Below are positions 29,946 through 40,010 of a stretch of DNA of 64,000 nt, one piece after another. The stretch is from IMG/VR virus record IMGVR_UViG_3300033984_000268, positions 24,359-88,358 of that record; one strand, 5' to 3'. The notes under the pieces are model-generated. The model was not told the origin of the DNA and made no database searches. It saw only the letters and a list, made by a program, of their open reading frames with translations. The position numbers were made by a program, and so were the translations under genes. This DNA comes from a virus (lineage: Duplodnaviria > Caudoviricetes). How positions within the stretch are numbered: the stretch's first letter is position 1; the number at the start of each line of letters is the position of its first letter.

Positions 29946-30887
29946 TTAATAACTTTTAAACATGTTCCAATAATTATGATATTGAGCTTTACGATTAGTT
30001 TCCCATATCTTTCTTAACTCTCCAAAGTCTGGTGTATTAACTAATGTATTTGCATTGTTACGAGCAGCTTTAAATCTTTGTTCAACAATTTGAAATTGCA
30101 TTTGTGTAACTGCTTCACCATTCATAACAGCATTTTCAAGCACACGTTGTTTGATTGCATACTCATAATACTCATTCAACATATCATGATCAGGAACCAA
30201 TAAGTTTCCTTCATCATCTTCAAGCATTCCTTGATAGTTCAAATACAATTTTCCTGTAGGAAAAGAAGTGTAAAGAAATCCATTTTTAATATACGCTGTT
30301 GTGCTAGACATCCATTTTTTATTTGGACAATCTAAATCAACTACATTTCCATTATCAACAATTTTTATTGCATGAAATTCAGTCCATGTTCTTGTTTCAT
30401 ATTTAAGTTTTTGAACAAGCATCATTGATTGACCTGTGCAACTTAATGTTACAGAACAAGAAGTATTGCAACCACATGTTTGTGGAACTTGTCCACATGA
30501 ATTACACAGACCTGCTTGAGGATTAACAACTGGTTGTGCACATATATGAACTTCACCTGGGGGTGGTGTGTATAATCCGCCTACAGGAATGTATTCAGTG
30601 TGTGTTCCTTGAATTACAGGCTCTGTTACTTTATGATGACTTATTACCAAAGCAAAATTTAATACATTAAAATTGTTTGGAAGTTTTGCTTTTCCTTTTT
30701 CAATTTCAAGCACTGTTTCATGTGTTTTAAAAACCTTTAACCCAAGGTCGTAATTAACACGCTTTGCAATTTTAATAAATTCTTGAGGATTGATTAAACC
30801 ATCTAAATCAAAATTTCTAAAATCAGTTTGAATCTCTGCCAATAACTGGTCGTAAGTTCTATACTTTAACTCTGTGTGTGCTGCCAT
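29946..30887 (-). CDS. Tail ring / tubular protein with Cys-rich insertion
   Basis: YIKNGFLYTSFPTGKLYLNYQG..DDEGNLLVPD pattern of the crAss-like tail tubular protein; directly upstream of the muzzle-like gene. Confidence 0.65.
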   Translation of the reverse strand: MAAHTELKYRTYDQLLAEIQTDFRNFDLDGLINPQEFIKIAKRVNYDLGLKVFKTHETVLEIEKGKAKLPNNFNVLNFALVISHHKVTEPVIQGTHTEYIPVGGLYTPPPGEVHICAQPVVNPQAGLCNSCGQVPQTCGCNTSCSVTLSCTGQSMMLVQKLKYETRTWTEFHAIKIVDNGNVVDLDCPNKKWMSSTTAYIKNGFLYTSFPTGKLYLNYQGMLEDDEGNLLVPDHDMLNEYYEYAIKQRVLENAVMNGEAVTQMQFQIVEQRFKAARNNANTLVNTPDFGELRKIWETNRKAQYHNYWNMFKSY

Positions 30888-30888
30888 T

Positions 30889-31554
30889 TTATCTGATTAT
30901 GTTTTGTTTATCATCTGATTGATCTACTGGAATTTTTGCCAATGTCATTAATTCTTGTGTACTCATTTGTTCCATTTCTGCAAATAAATAATCTGGAAGA
31001 TTAAATGCTTTTTCTTGCATGATTGTGCAATCATCTTTATCACAATATCCATCTAACGAATCTTCCCACATTGCTTCAACCATTACAGCTTCCCATTCAA
31101 TATCTGGAAAATATAAATACCCATTATTAAACCAAAAATAATTAGTCTTGTTGTATTTAAAATTAGTTGAACGAACCATAGCAACATAAACAGTTGATGA
31201 AACTTGTTGAAACGTATCACTAAAATCTATTGGTCCTATGTTTCTAAAAATTGGTCCGTTGCTTCCGCTAAATACTTTTGGTAGTTTTTCTTTTGTTCTT
31301 CGAATTGTACAACCAGTTTTAATACCAGCGCAGTTTGCTTCAATTTTATCAACTTCAATTAATTCAACAAAAGGAAGTGTTTCAAATAAAGAATCATAAA
31401 CCATAAGTTTACGTTCATTATCCTGTCTTCGAATTAATGCTTTAGAGTACTTTAAAAGTATATTGTATATCAAACGATCTGTAAGAAATGCATCTTCATT
31501 TACCGCTTTAAATACGTTTCTTATTCTGGACGTTGCTTCTTGTATTGTTGTCAT
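30889..31554 (-). CDS. Tail ring protein
   Basis: CTIRRTKEKLP and YFWFNNGYLYFP motifs; synteny with crAss-like ring genes. Confidence 0.55.
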   Translation of the reverse strand: MTTIQEATSRIRNVFKAVNEDAFLTDRLIYNILLKYSKALIRRQDNERKLMVYDSLFETLPFVELIEVDKIEANCAGIKTGCTIRRTKEKLPKVFSGSNGPIFRNIGPIDFSDTFQQVSSTVYVAMVRSTNFKYNKTNYFWFNNGYLYFPDIEWEAVMVEAMWEDSLDGYCDKDDCTIMQEKAFNLPDYLFAEMEQMSTQELMTLAKIPVDQSDDKQNIIR

Positions 31555-31563
31555 AATACTTAT

Positions 31564-32043
31564 TTAAAAATTGTAACTCAATGTTAAACACCGTTGCCAA
31601 TGTTTTCTGAAATACTTACTTGCTGTTCTTTTAAATTCAAGTACCGGAGTAAATGAAAATAAGTTATTATTCTTTATTACATTTCGAACTGAACCGGTGG
31701 AATAAACAATTCTCATGTAGTGTCCATCTGTTTCCCAATTCTTATGATATACTGTTATCCCAACTTCTTTAGAACGCTTGTAATCTACTAATTTCTTTTT
31801 TGGTTTACCTGCATTATTAATACAAATCATACCTATGTTTTCTGGAAGCACTACACCATAAGTATTATTCATAGTTTCTGCTACCATATTTTTATTAAAT
31901 GTTCTTGCAATCTTTATTAAATCATGCATGGTAATATCACTATATTCAGGATGCAATTTTTTAAATTCTTTAACTTCTGCATACTCAATTACTTTTCCTT
32001 TTTGTTCTGTTACCCTTGCTTTTTTTAAATCTGGTATTTGCAT
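31564..32043 (-). CDS. IHF/HU-like basic protein
   Basis: Basic 159 aa protein with VVLPENIGMICI hairpin and VDYKRSKE arm; crAss-like phages carry IHF-like genes among the tail genes. Confidence 0.45.
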   Translation of the reverse strand: MQIPDLKKARVTEQKGKVIEYAEVKEFKKLHPEYSDITMHDLIKIARTFNKNMVAETMNNTYGVVLPENIGMICINNAGKPKKKLVDYKRSKEVGITVYHKNWETDGHYMRIVYSTGSVRNVIKNNNLFSFTPVLEFKRTASKYFRKHWQRCLTLSYNF

Positions 32044-32089
32044 AACTTATAATATAAGAATTTTAAGTCAAAAATACAAATTAAAAAGC

Positions 32090-32119
32090 AAAAAGAAACC
32101 CTCTATTGCTAGAGGGTTC
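32090..32119 (-). terminator. Intrinsic terminator
   Basis: GAACCCTCTA-GCAA-TAGAGGGTTT followed by CTTTTT; GNRA tetraloop. Confidence 0.75.
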
Positions 32120-32133
32120 AAATACAAAGAGTA

Positions 32134-32163
32134 AAAATTGGCCCCGGATTATCCCAGGACCAA
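32134..32163 (-). terminator. Intrinsic terminator (first of a tandem pair)
   Basis: TTGGTCCTGG-GATAAT-CCGGGGCCAA-TTTT; the mismatches are G-U pairs only on the minus strand. Confidence 0.65.
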
Positions 32164-32204
32164 CTCTAGTCAGCCACATTAAACCAACCTCTCTGTGACA
32201 ATCA

Positions 32205-33941
32205 TTAATATTTTATAATGTATCGCATTGTAATACTTTTTTGTCTATTATCTCCTGATGCTGTACCTGTAATTGTTCCGGCACCTGTTCCAGTGATTGG
32301 TCCAGATCCAGTTCCTGACATTGTACCTGTTGCAGCAGTTGTACCTCCTGTACCTGCATTACCTATTGTTCCTGAAAATGTATGGGTGTGATCTATTTGT
32401 TGTTGAGTATCACCACCATTAAAATTACCATCTGCTCCAATTAAAACTCTAGTATAATCACCAGTTCTTGCAGTTACAGGACTAGCATCACCTGATGTAC
32501 CATTTGTAGTAGCGGTCATCAATTGTGCTCTACCACCTCCAATCGACACACCAGTAAGACTATGTGTATGTTCAGGTAAATTTCCAATACCAATTGTAAC
32601 AGATGCTGTACCTGTTACAGTAACAGAAGCATTTCCTGCTAATGTTGCTATAGTTGCAGTTCCAACAACAGTTCCAACAGAAGCATTATCCCCAACTTCA
32701 TTTCCAGTATTTGCAGCTGTTCCACCATAAGGAATTTTATCAATTAAATTTGGAACCGAAAATGTATTTGGGGGTACTGGATTCAAATTATATTCTGTTC
32801 CAATTACACTAAATAAATCACCATACGTTACTGTAGAAACTATTTGACCATCGCATAATAACCATCCAACTGGAACAGTAACACCTACAGCACCAGCCCA
32901 TGGAATAATACCACCTACAGGAAATAAACCTGCACCTGCGCCTTGAGCTGTTGAGTTGCCGCCAGTATTATTTGGTATTGCATCTTGTCCTGGAATATTA
33001 TATGATGCACTTATTTCTGTATTAGCAGCCGGAATACTTCCATTTGCATGAACTAATGTAACTACGTATATATGTGTATTTCCAGAAACTCCTAAACCAT
33101 CTACTTTATAAATACCAAAGTTTGCAGAATTTTGAGCATCAACCAATTGTATAATGCTGTTTTTTACAATTCCTTGAGCCCATTGTAGTCCACCATTTAT
33201 AGCACCTACAGCACCACCATATCCATTTATTGTAGTATGGCTAATTGCTATTTGTGTAACAGCAGTGTAAGTTGCTGCACCACTAACACCTACTGTACCA
33301 GCAACCGCACCATCACCTTTCTTAAAGAGAACTGAATTAGCACCCATGTTTCCTTGAATACCCAATAAACCAGGTGCACCAGCAGAACCAGGAGTTCCCT
33401 GATCTCCTTTAGGAAGAGTAAAGTTTAATGCATACGGATTGGTTCCAGTAACTGCTACTGCAGGTGTTGGTCCTTGTGTAACAACGCCAATAGTTATTGT
33501 AGGTGCAGGTCCAGTTTGACCTGGCGCGCCATTTTGACCAGGATTTCCTTGCTGTCCTTGTTGACCAGGATTTCCTTGTTGACCTTGTGCTCCTGGAGTT
33601 CCACTTCCAACACCTGCTGGTCCTGGAGGTCCTGCCGGTCCTTGAAAACCACGAGGTCCTCTTAATCCTGTTCCACCAGCACCACCATTAGCTCCACCAG
33701 CTCCGTTAGCACCATTACCACCAGCACCGCCATTGTTACCATTAACACCGCCAAAACCATTAGCACCGTTAGTACCATTTCCACCAAAACCATTTGAGCC
33801 ATTGGTTCCATTACCACCACTTGATCCATTACTGCCAAAACCATTGCCACCAAAACTATTGCTTCCATTGCCGCTACTTGAATTATTGCCACTGTTTTGA
33901 CAAGAACCTTTACAACTTTTAACTTTACATTTTATACACAT
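32205..33941 (-). CDS. Collagen-like tail fibre with tail-collar domain
   Basis: Cys-rich N-terminus, Gly/Asn repeats, Gly-X-Y run, collar motif PVGGIIPWAG...GWLLCDG...LFSVIGT...FSVPNL, two HTH metal-binding-type motifs, C-terminal MRYIIKY. Confidence 0.8.
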   Translation of the reverse strand: MCIKCKVKSCKGSCQNSGNNSSSGNGSNSFGGNGFGSNGSSGGNGTNGSNGFGGNGTNGANGFGGVNGNNGGAGGNGANGAGGANGGAGGTGLRGPRGFQGPAGPPGPAGVGSGTPGAQGQQGNPGQQGQQGNPGQNGAPGQTGPAPTITIGVVTQGPTPAVAVTGTNPYALNFTLPKGDQGTPGSAGAPGLLGIQGNMGANSVLFKKGDGAVAGTVGVSGAATYTAVTQIAISHTTINGYGGAVGAINGGLQWAQGIVKNSIIQLVDAQNSANFGIYKVDGLGVSGNTHIYVVTLVHANGSIPAANTEISASYNIPGQDAIPNNTGGNSTAQGAGAGLFPVGGIIPWAGAVGVTVPVGWLLCDGQIVSTVTYGDLFSVIGTEYNLNPVPPNTFSVPNLIDKIPYGGTAANTGNEVGDNASVGTVVGTATIATLAGNASVTVTGTASVTIGIGNLPEHTHSLTGVSIGGGRAQLMTATTNGTSGDASPVTARTGDYTRVLIGADGNFNGGDTQQQIDHTHTFSGTIGNAGTGGTTAATGTMSGTGSGPITGTGAGTITGTASGDNRQKSITMRYIIKY

Positions 33942-33952
33942 AATTTTTTATT

Positions 33953-35974
33953 TTAAATTGAAAGAGGTTTTTGAGGTGAAGCAGATGAAGTTGAAGTTGC
34001 AGGTGTATTTAAAGTTCCATTATTATTTACAAATTTTCCAATACCTGTAACAAAGTTATATTCTAAAACATTTATTCTTTTTGATGCTTTTGGAGTTAAT
34101 GATTCTTGACCAGTTCCATTATAATATAAATCACCACCCATTGTTGAACCGTAAGAACCTGCTGCAGTACCAGCATTTAAATTATTACAAACAATAACCG
34201 GTGGCGTTGTTAATATTGTTTCAACACCACCTACAACTTGAAATACAAAATTAGATAAATTAACTGCAGTTATAGGATTAGCTACAGTATTTGTATAAAA
34301 TTTAGCAGTCATACCTACAGGATATCTACTTGGAGTTTGTTGACTGGTATGCCACCAAGCTCTCATTTCTACAGCAAATGATTCTATAAAAGTAGAAATT
34401 TGTGTAGCTGTATTTGTTCCTACATTTGTACCAGCTAAACCAAATCTTGCTCTAATTTCTTTTACATTTATTAATATTGATTCTGCACCTATACCTGTAT
34501 TATCCCCTGAATGCAAAAGAACAGATTCTTGAGTTAAAGGAATACTACCATTTTTAAAGTAACCGTTTAAATTACTAACACCATCTCTTTTATATTTTGG
34601 AAAAACACCACCACCAGCAGCACCAGTATTAGTATGATGTCTAGCAGAATAACCGTAGTAATGTGAATCAAGTAAAGGATTATTTTCATCAGGTCCAGCA
34701 TAAAGTCTAGTATGTGTATCTAAATCTCTACCTTGAACATCATCTTTAACTACTTTTGTTACACCATTAAGAGTATAAGGTGTAAGATATATATCACCCC
34801 CATTTCCATCAGGCCAAGTATCTGTTGGATCTTTTAAAAATTTATAAGTAAGAACAATATAATCTGCTTGAATTTCAAATTGAACTTCTGTTGAAGGTAC
34901 TCCCGGAACAGGAACACCACCATTCTCAATACAATCTACAGCTATTCTACAAACAGGCACACCACCACATACATCTAATTCACCATTTGCGCAAGTGTAT
35001 TCACTTGGTAATGTTCCAGGAGGTGCTGTTGATATACCTATTAAGTTTTTAGATGAAAAATATATATATGGATTAAGATTAGCTTCAATATTTGTAGCTG
35101 ATAATAATGTTGATTGAAAAGTTGCTAAAGGTATATCATATATTTCAGCAACAACTGATGCTTTTGAAGTGGCTTGTGTTGTTGCATTTTTACCAGTTAA
35201 TTTTATAACATGATTACCTGCAGGCAATGTAATAGGAAAAGCATGTAAATGATAAAAACAAAGTGTATCAGCAGGAGCTGTAAAACCATCAAATATTGTT
35301 ATAAATGGACCAACCCCCCCAATTGTATTTAATGCTACTTCTAATTTTACATAGTTATCTCCAGCAATAGCACAAATATATTCTTTGGCAGTTCCTATAT
35401 TAAAACAAACATTAAATCCAAATTCTTCACCTGCAACAACTTTTGAAGTATCAGTTCTATTCCAAACACCAGCATTATTTAAACGACCTAATGCTAAATT
35501 ACCTGAATTACCTGATGGAAAATCTCTACCCCATAAATCACTTTGAGTTGTACTTAATATAGGTATTGCTACTGACGCAGAATCTTTAACAACTGAACCA
35601 ACATATGTTAAAGGAAGTACAAATGCAGGTGTAGTTAAGTCACCTAAACTTTTAAATAATTTTATACCTAATTTATTATAAGAAGTTTCCGTTAAAGCTT
35701 TTTTAATAATTTGTGGAACACCAGGAAACAAAGGAGATTGAAGAACTTCACATGCACCTGTTAATGCATTTGATGTACTACCTTCAGGACATGTACATAT
35801 ACATGTCATTGGTTTCCAAGTAGGCCAACCAGCAGTATAAGTACCATCATGATAACGAAGATCTCTTACTTTTGGATCAAGTAATTGCCATCCAAGTTGT
35901 CTATCTTTAAAATAAATATCATGGTAACATGGATCTAACCAATTTTGACCATCAAAAATTTTATAATTTCCCAT
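33953..35974 (-). CDS. Putative receptor-binding / fibre-associated protein (673 aa)
   Basis: Beta-rich protein with Cys-rich linkers, located in the fibre block; C-terminal DLDTH...SGDNTGIGAESILIN segment resembles TerD/YfaP-type motifs. Confidence 0.5.
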   Translation of the reverse strand: MGNYKIFDGQNWLDPCYHDIYFKDRQLGWQLLDPKVRDLRYHDGTYTAGWPTWKPMTCICTCPEGSTSNALTGACEVLQSPLFPGVPQIIKKALTETSYNKLGIKLFKSLGDLTTPAFVLPLTYVGSVVKDSASVAIPILSTTQSDLWGRDFPSGNSGNLALGRLNNAGVWNRTDTSKVVAGEEFGFNVCFNIGTAKEYICAIAGDNYVKLEVALNTIGGVGPFITIFDGFTAPADTLCFYHLHAFPITLPAGNHVIKLTGKNATTQATSKASVVAEIYDIPLATFQSTLLSATNIEANLNPYIYFSSKNLIGISTAPPGTLPSEYTCANGELDVCGGVPVCRIAVDCIENGGVPVPGVPSTEVQFEIQADYIVLTYKFLKDPTDTWPDGNGGDIYLTPYTLNGVTKVVKDDVQGRDLDTHTRLYAGPDENNPLLDSHYYGYSARHHTNTGAAGGGVFPKYKRDGVSNLNGYFKNGSIPLTQESVLLHSGDNTGIGAESILINVKEIRARFGLAGTNVGTNTATQISTFIESFAVEMRAWWHTSQQTPSRYPVGMTAKFYTNTVANPITAVNLSNFVFQVVGGVETILTTPPVIVCNNLNAGTAAGSYGSTMGGDLYYNGTGQESLTPKASKRINVLEYNFVTGIGKFVNNNGTLNTPATSTSSASPQKPLSI

Positions 35975-35976
35975 AC

Positions 35977-36639
35977 TTATTGTTTAATCCAAATATCTCC
36001 AGGGCGTAATTTGTTAGCAACATACGTTCCACCTGCAGCAGTTGTGTCGATAAAGTTAGTAGTAAAACCTGGAATACCAGCATAAATATTTTGAAAAACT
36101 ATATCTGTTGGTTCACCATTAGGTCCACCACCAGCAAAATTTTGCGCTGTACTATAGATACCTACAAATACTGCTACACCTCTACCATCTAAACCATTGC
36201 AACCATTATTAAGATTAGCCTGACTTATAATGCTACCGTCGGTTCCTTTTTTATTAACAACCGTTATACCACCATTACAACCACCTGTATATGGTGCAAG
36301 TTCAACAAAGTTTCCATTTTTACCAGTATCACCTGGTAATCCTGGGTTACCTGTAGTTCCAGGTGGGCCTTGTAACCCACTAAGACCATTAACACCAGCA
36401 GGACCGCTTGGCCCTAATGGCCCAGCTGTTCCATCTTTTCCAGGATCACCTTTTGGTCCTGTCGAACCAGCTTCACCCTTATCTCCTTTATCTCCTTTTG
36501 TACCACCTGAACCTTGAGCTCCAGTAAAACCTCGTTCTCCTTGCTCACCTTTATCGCCTTGGTCACCTTTAAAGCCGCGTGGTCCACGTACTCCTTTAGG
36601 AACAGGTGAACATAAACTATTTTTTTCGCAATCGCTCAT
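35977..36639 (-). CDS. Collagen-like fibre protein
   Basis: Long uninterrupted Gly-X-Y run; C-terminal RPGDIWIK. Confidence 0.75.
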   Translation of the reverse strand: MSDCEKNSLCSPVPKGVRGPRGFKGDQGDKGEQGERGFTGAQGSGGTKGDKGDKGEAGSTGPKGDPGKDGTAGPLGPSGPAGVNGLSGLQGPPGTTGNPGLPGDTGKNGNFVELAPYTGGCNGGITVVNKKGTDGSIISQANLNNGCNGLDGRGVAVFVGIYSTAQNFAGGGPNGEPTDIVFQNIYAGIPGFTTNFIDTTAAGGTYVANKLRPGDIWIKQ

Positions 36640-36657
36640 GACTAATTTTTTTCAAAG

Positions 36658-37251
36658 TTAATAATGTATTTTAATATTCGGTCTGTTTGATAACAATGTA
36701 CCTACACCTGTAACAGGTGCAGTAGCACTTGCTTTTGTTATAACTGTATTTGCAACAGTAGAACCATCATTTCCACCAGAATCTCCTTGATATACACCCC
36801 ATTGATTTTCCCAAACTAACATAAGATTTTTTACACCATCGTAAACAAAAGGAGTATCAAGTATAAATTGATACCATACATTGTTGTTTGGTATTCCAAA
36901 TGTAAAAGCAGCTTTAACAGTAGCTAATCCAGTAAGAGTTAATCCTGCAAATGACATGTCTGGACTTGCACTAAAAACAGCTTGATCAACCATTGCTAGT
37001 TTAAGTTCTTGATTAGGAAAAGATCTAGGTGTTGCATAACTTCTAAAATACAAACTTACAGCTGTAATAGTTTTAGGACCACCTAATTCAGCTGCTGTCC
37101 AAATAACAGCAGTCTTACCATATTTATCCGAACCATTTAATATTAAATTATAAACACGTGTAGAACCTGTACCAATTTGTAAAACCCCTCCGGTAACTGG
37201 AGGGGTTACACTAACATCTCTGTGTCTTAATATTCCTATATGACTTTGCAT
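36658..37251 (-). CDS. Beta-sandwich fibre-associated protein
   Basis: WYQFILDTPFVYDGVKNLMLVW...RPNIK pattern resembles modules of Bacteroidota surface proteins. Confidence 0.45.
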   Translation of the reverse strand: MQSHIGILRHRDVSVTPPVTGGVLQIGTGSTRVYNLILNGSDKYGKTAVIWTAAELGGPKTITAVSLYFRSYATPRSFPNQELKLAMVDQAVFSASPDMSFAGLTLTGLATVKAAFTFGIPNNNVWYQFILDTPFVYDGVKNLMLVWENQWGVYQGDSGGNDGSTVANTVITKASATAPVTGVGTLLSNRPNIKIHY

Positions 37252-37253
37252 AA

Positions 37254-38696
37254 TTATACTTTTAAATCACCACCTAAAAACCAAACTCCAGCTGAATTAA
37301 GTGTCATTGTTCCAAATGAATATTGTACTCTTAATCTTTTTTCAGCACCAGTTGAATTAAGTATTTCTGTTTGAGCTGGTGATACTCCACTTGTTCCTCC
37401 AACAAAAGTTACTTCACCAGTACCTTGTCTAATAATAGTACATGTAAATCCAACAGGCGGAAGTGCATCTAAAAATACACCTGTTTTTGTAGCAATCGTA
37501 ATAGCAGTACTTGTATTAATATAAATAATACTATTGTTATGCCAAGGTCTTAATACAAAAACACTACCGCTATTAACAGTATATACTTCAGGAATTGATT
37601 CACAAAGCCAACCATAAGTATATGAATACGTTGCTGTTATTGGATTATAAATAGTTGTTTTTAAACTATATGTATAAACAGCATTTCTATCTGTATTATA
37701 AACTTGATACCCAACAGCAACAGTTAATGCAAGCATTTCTGCATTTGTTTTACTTGGTAATATATAAGGATTAGTTAATTGAAAACCAGGAATTGGCCAT
37801 ATTCCAGCACCCTTTGGTCCATACATCATGTATGTATTTGTATTTAAATAGAAATCTCCATTTACTCCTAAAGAGTTACTTGGAACAGTTGTTCCATTTA
37901 AAACTGTTTTTCCATCTGCACCATTTAAACCATTGGTTCCATTAGTACCATTCGTACCATTTATACCAGCGGATCCAGTTGCACCAGCACTACCTGTAGG
38001 ACCAGCAGGACCAGTAGGGCCTGTGGGTCCTGTTAAACCAATTGGACCAGTAGGGCCAGTTGCGCCAGTAATACCTTGAGGTCCAGTAGGGCCAGTTGCA
38101 CCACCTGTACTTAATAAAGCCCATTGTGCACCATTTGCTGTTGGATTAACTCCAGTTACAGGTCCATTCCATACCCAATAAGAAGCTCCGTTGTATAAAG
38201 CTGTATCATTAGTAACATAAGTTGTACCAGCAGCATAATCACCTTTCCAAACTAATCCACCTGGAGAAAGTCCAGGATTACCTTGAATACCGGTTGCACC
38301 AGTCAATCCAGTTGCACCTGTTGGGCCAGCAGGACCTGTTGGACCTTGTGAACCGTTGGTACCATTAGTGCCACGCATAGATGTAGCAGTACCCCATACA
38401 CCTGCAGTTTTAGGTCCGTATAAATCTAACGTAACAGTATTAATGTAAAAATCTCCATTATTACCTAATGCATTAGAAGGTACAACAATACCATTTAAAG
38501 TTGATTTTCCATCAGCTCCTGTTGGACCAGTTGCTCCATCTACTGGAAGACCAAAAACTTCTTGCCATGCTAAATTTCTCCATACATAATACTTATCATC
38601 AACATCTACATAATATGCAACATGTGGCAAAGTTCCTAATGCTGGTCTATTAATAGCCAACGGAACAACAATAATTTGAAAACTTGAATTTGACAT
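37254..38696 (-). CDS. Collagen-like fibre protein with duplicated GDFY.N...YGPK module
   Basis: Gly-X-Y runs; two copies of GADGK..LNG..VPSN.LG.NGDFY.NT.T...YGPK..G.W; C-terminal W.L.GDL tip motif. Confidence 0.8.
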   Translation of the reverse strand: MSNSSFQIIVVPLAINRPALGTLPHVAYYVDVDDKYYVWRNLAWQEVFGLPVDGATGPTGADGKSTLNGIVVPSNALGNNGDFYINTVTLDLYGPKTAGVWGTATSMRGTNGTNGSQGPTGPAGPTGATGLTGATGIQGNPGLSPGGLVWKGDYAAGTTYVTNDTALYNGASYWVWNGPVTGVNPTANGAQWALLSTGGATGPTGPQGITGATGPTGPIGLTGPTGPTGPAGPTGSAGATGSAGINGTNGTNGTNGLNGADGKTVLNGTTVPSNSLGVNGDFYLNTNTYMMYGPKGAGIWPIPGFQLTNPYILPSKTNAEMLALTVAVGYQVYNTDRNAVYTYSLKTTIYNPITATYSYTYGWLCESIPEVYTVNSGSVFVLRPWHNNSIIYINTSTAITIATKTGVFLDALPPVGFTCTIIRQGTGEVTFVGGTSGVSPAQTEILNSTGAEKRLRVQYSFGTMTLNSAGVWFLGGDLKV

Positions 38697-38706
38697 ATCT
38701 TAATAA

Positions 38707-39990
38707 TTAATCTGTTATATTAGCAATTTGTTCAGAATCTACAGAATCATAATACGATAACCTTAATCCACTAGCACTGTTCATAAACAGTTTTTTATTA
38801 TAATTTGCATAAACGTGTAATGCAAGCGTAAAATCTGTATTTGCTACATCAATTTCTATCGATGTATTTTTAAATGTATTTATAGTAATGTTATTTTGAA
38901 ATAATAAACCTATTACATTAATCATTGAATTAATTTTATTAAAACTAAATAATCCAGCGAATGATACATTTGTGCAAGAACCAGTAAATAAATTTGAACT
39001 AAATTCACTAGAAAATGATAGATTGTACACATGATCTAAAAAAGTTCCGTTTTGAGAATCAGATTTAAATGTTACATTATCTGCTGATTTTGCAAAAACT
39101 ATATTAGGTAAATCAAACGTGTTAACGAGAGATGATGCACCAGCTGCTATACTTGTATTTCTAACTACATGAAGTCCGCTAAAATTAAATGTAGGAAATA
39201 ATTGACTACCTAAACCTAAATCATAATATGATGAAAATACACCTAATGCATCTGCATATCTTTTAAATTTAACACGTCTGTGATCATAATCTGTTTCATT
39301 TCCATATTCATCTTTACGATAAAGAATGCGTCCTTTAGTAGCAAAACCACCAACAGGTGTTGTATATTCAAGTTGATAATGAATAATATCTTTTGGGTAT
39401 GCAACATCAAATGCTTCAAGTTGTAATTGATTTGAACTTAATGCAAATACAATTAATGGACTTACTATTTCAGTTTGCAATGTTGTTGGAAGAGCACGTG
39501 TAACAGGAGTTGCATATTCAGGTAAATCATACATTGTAGCAAAGTCTGTTATTCTATAATACTCACCACGTTGCAAAGTATTATTTATTTTTAAATTTAA
39601 TAAATTCGCATGTGTAATATCAACAATAGTTGCACCAGTAGGTGATGGTAAATTTGAAAATAAATTTTGAAAATAATCGACTACGCTTTCTAATGATATA
39701 TTAATATCATCTCCTTCATTATAGATAGTTACGCCACCTACAATTTTATCTTCTGGTGTATGTGTTTTTTCACAGTAGTAGTCTGTTATTGATCCAAATA
39801 TTTTTGCAAGTGAATCTCCTTTAGAATAGATCTTATCTAAACCACAAAATTTATTTTCACCAACGTGTAATACACATTCAGATGAAACAACTTCTGCACA
39901 AGGTTGTGGTGTTGCACACACAACTGGATTACATTCTGCACATGGTACAGATGGAGTTGGTGTGCTTTGATTACATGATGAACATCCCAT
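38707..39990 (-). CDS. Putative tail fibre/spike with Cys-rich N-terminus and beta-helix-like C-terminus
   Basis: MGCSSC...C..C...C..C...SSECV N-terminus; YYRITDF and GRILYRKDEYGNE.DYD motifs; periodic N/F repeats. Confidence 0.55.
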   Translation of the reverse strand: MGCSSCNQSTPTPSVPCAECNPVVCATPQPCAEVVSSECVLHVGENKFCGLDKIYSKGDSLAKIFGSITDYYCEKTHTPEDKIVGGVTIYNEGDDINISLESVVDYFQNLFSNLPSPTGATIVDITHANLLNLKINNTLQRGEYYRITDFATMYDLPEYATPVTRALPTTLQTEIVSPLIVFALSSNQLQLEAFDVAYPKDIIHYQLEYTTPVGGFATKGRILYRKDEYGNETDYDHRRVKFKRYADALGVFSSYYDLGLGSQLFPTFNFSGLHVVRNTSIAAGASSLVNTFDLPNIVFAKSADNVTFKSDSQNGTFLDHVYNLSFSSEFSSNLFTGSCTNVSFAGLFSFNKINSMINVIGLLFQNNITINTFKNTSIEIDVANTDFTLALHVYANYNKKLFMNSASGLRLSYYDSVDSEQIANITD

Positions 39991-40010
39991 AATTTTATTA
40001 TTTAATTTTA

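Noticed and set aside
32044-32204. tRNA gene or riboswitch in the largest structured spacer
   Set aside because: No cloverleaf, T-loop or known aptamer consensus recognisable; treated as terminators plus a candidate sRNA.
33500-38560. Repetitive GC-richer DNA that could be a CRISPR array, VNTR or foreign island
   Set aside because: Explained by Gly-X-Y collagen and Gly/Asn codons; no constant repeat with unique spacers.
32205-39990. Diversity-generating retroelement target in the fibre genes
   Set aside because: No reverse transcriptase and no template/variable repeat pair visible in this window; cannot be excluded elsewhere in the genome.
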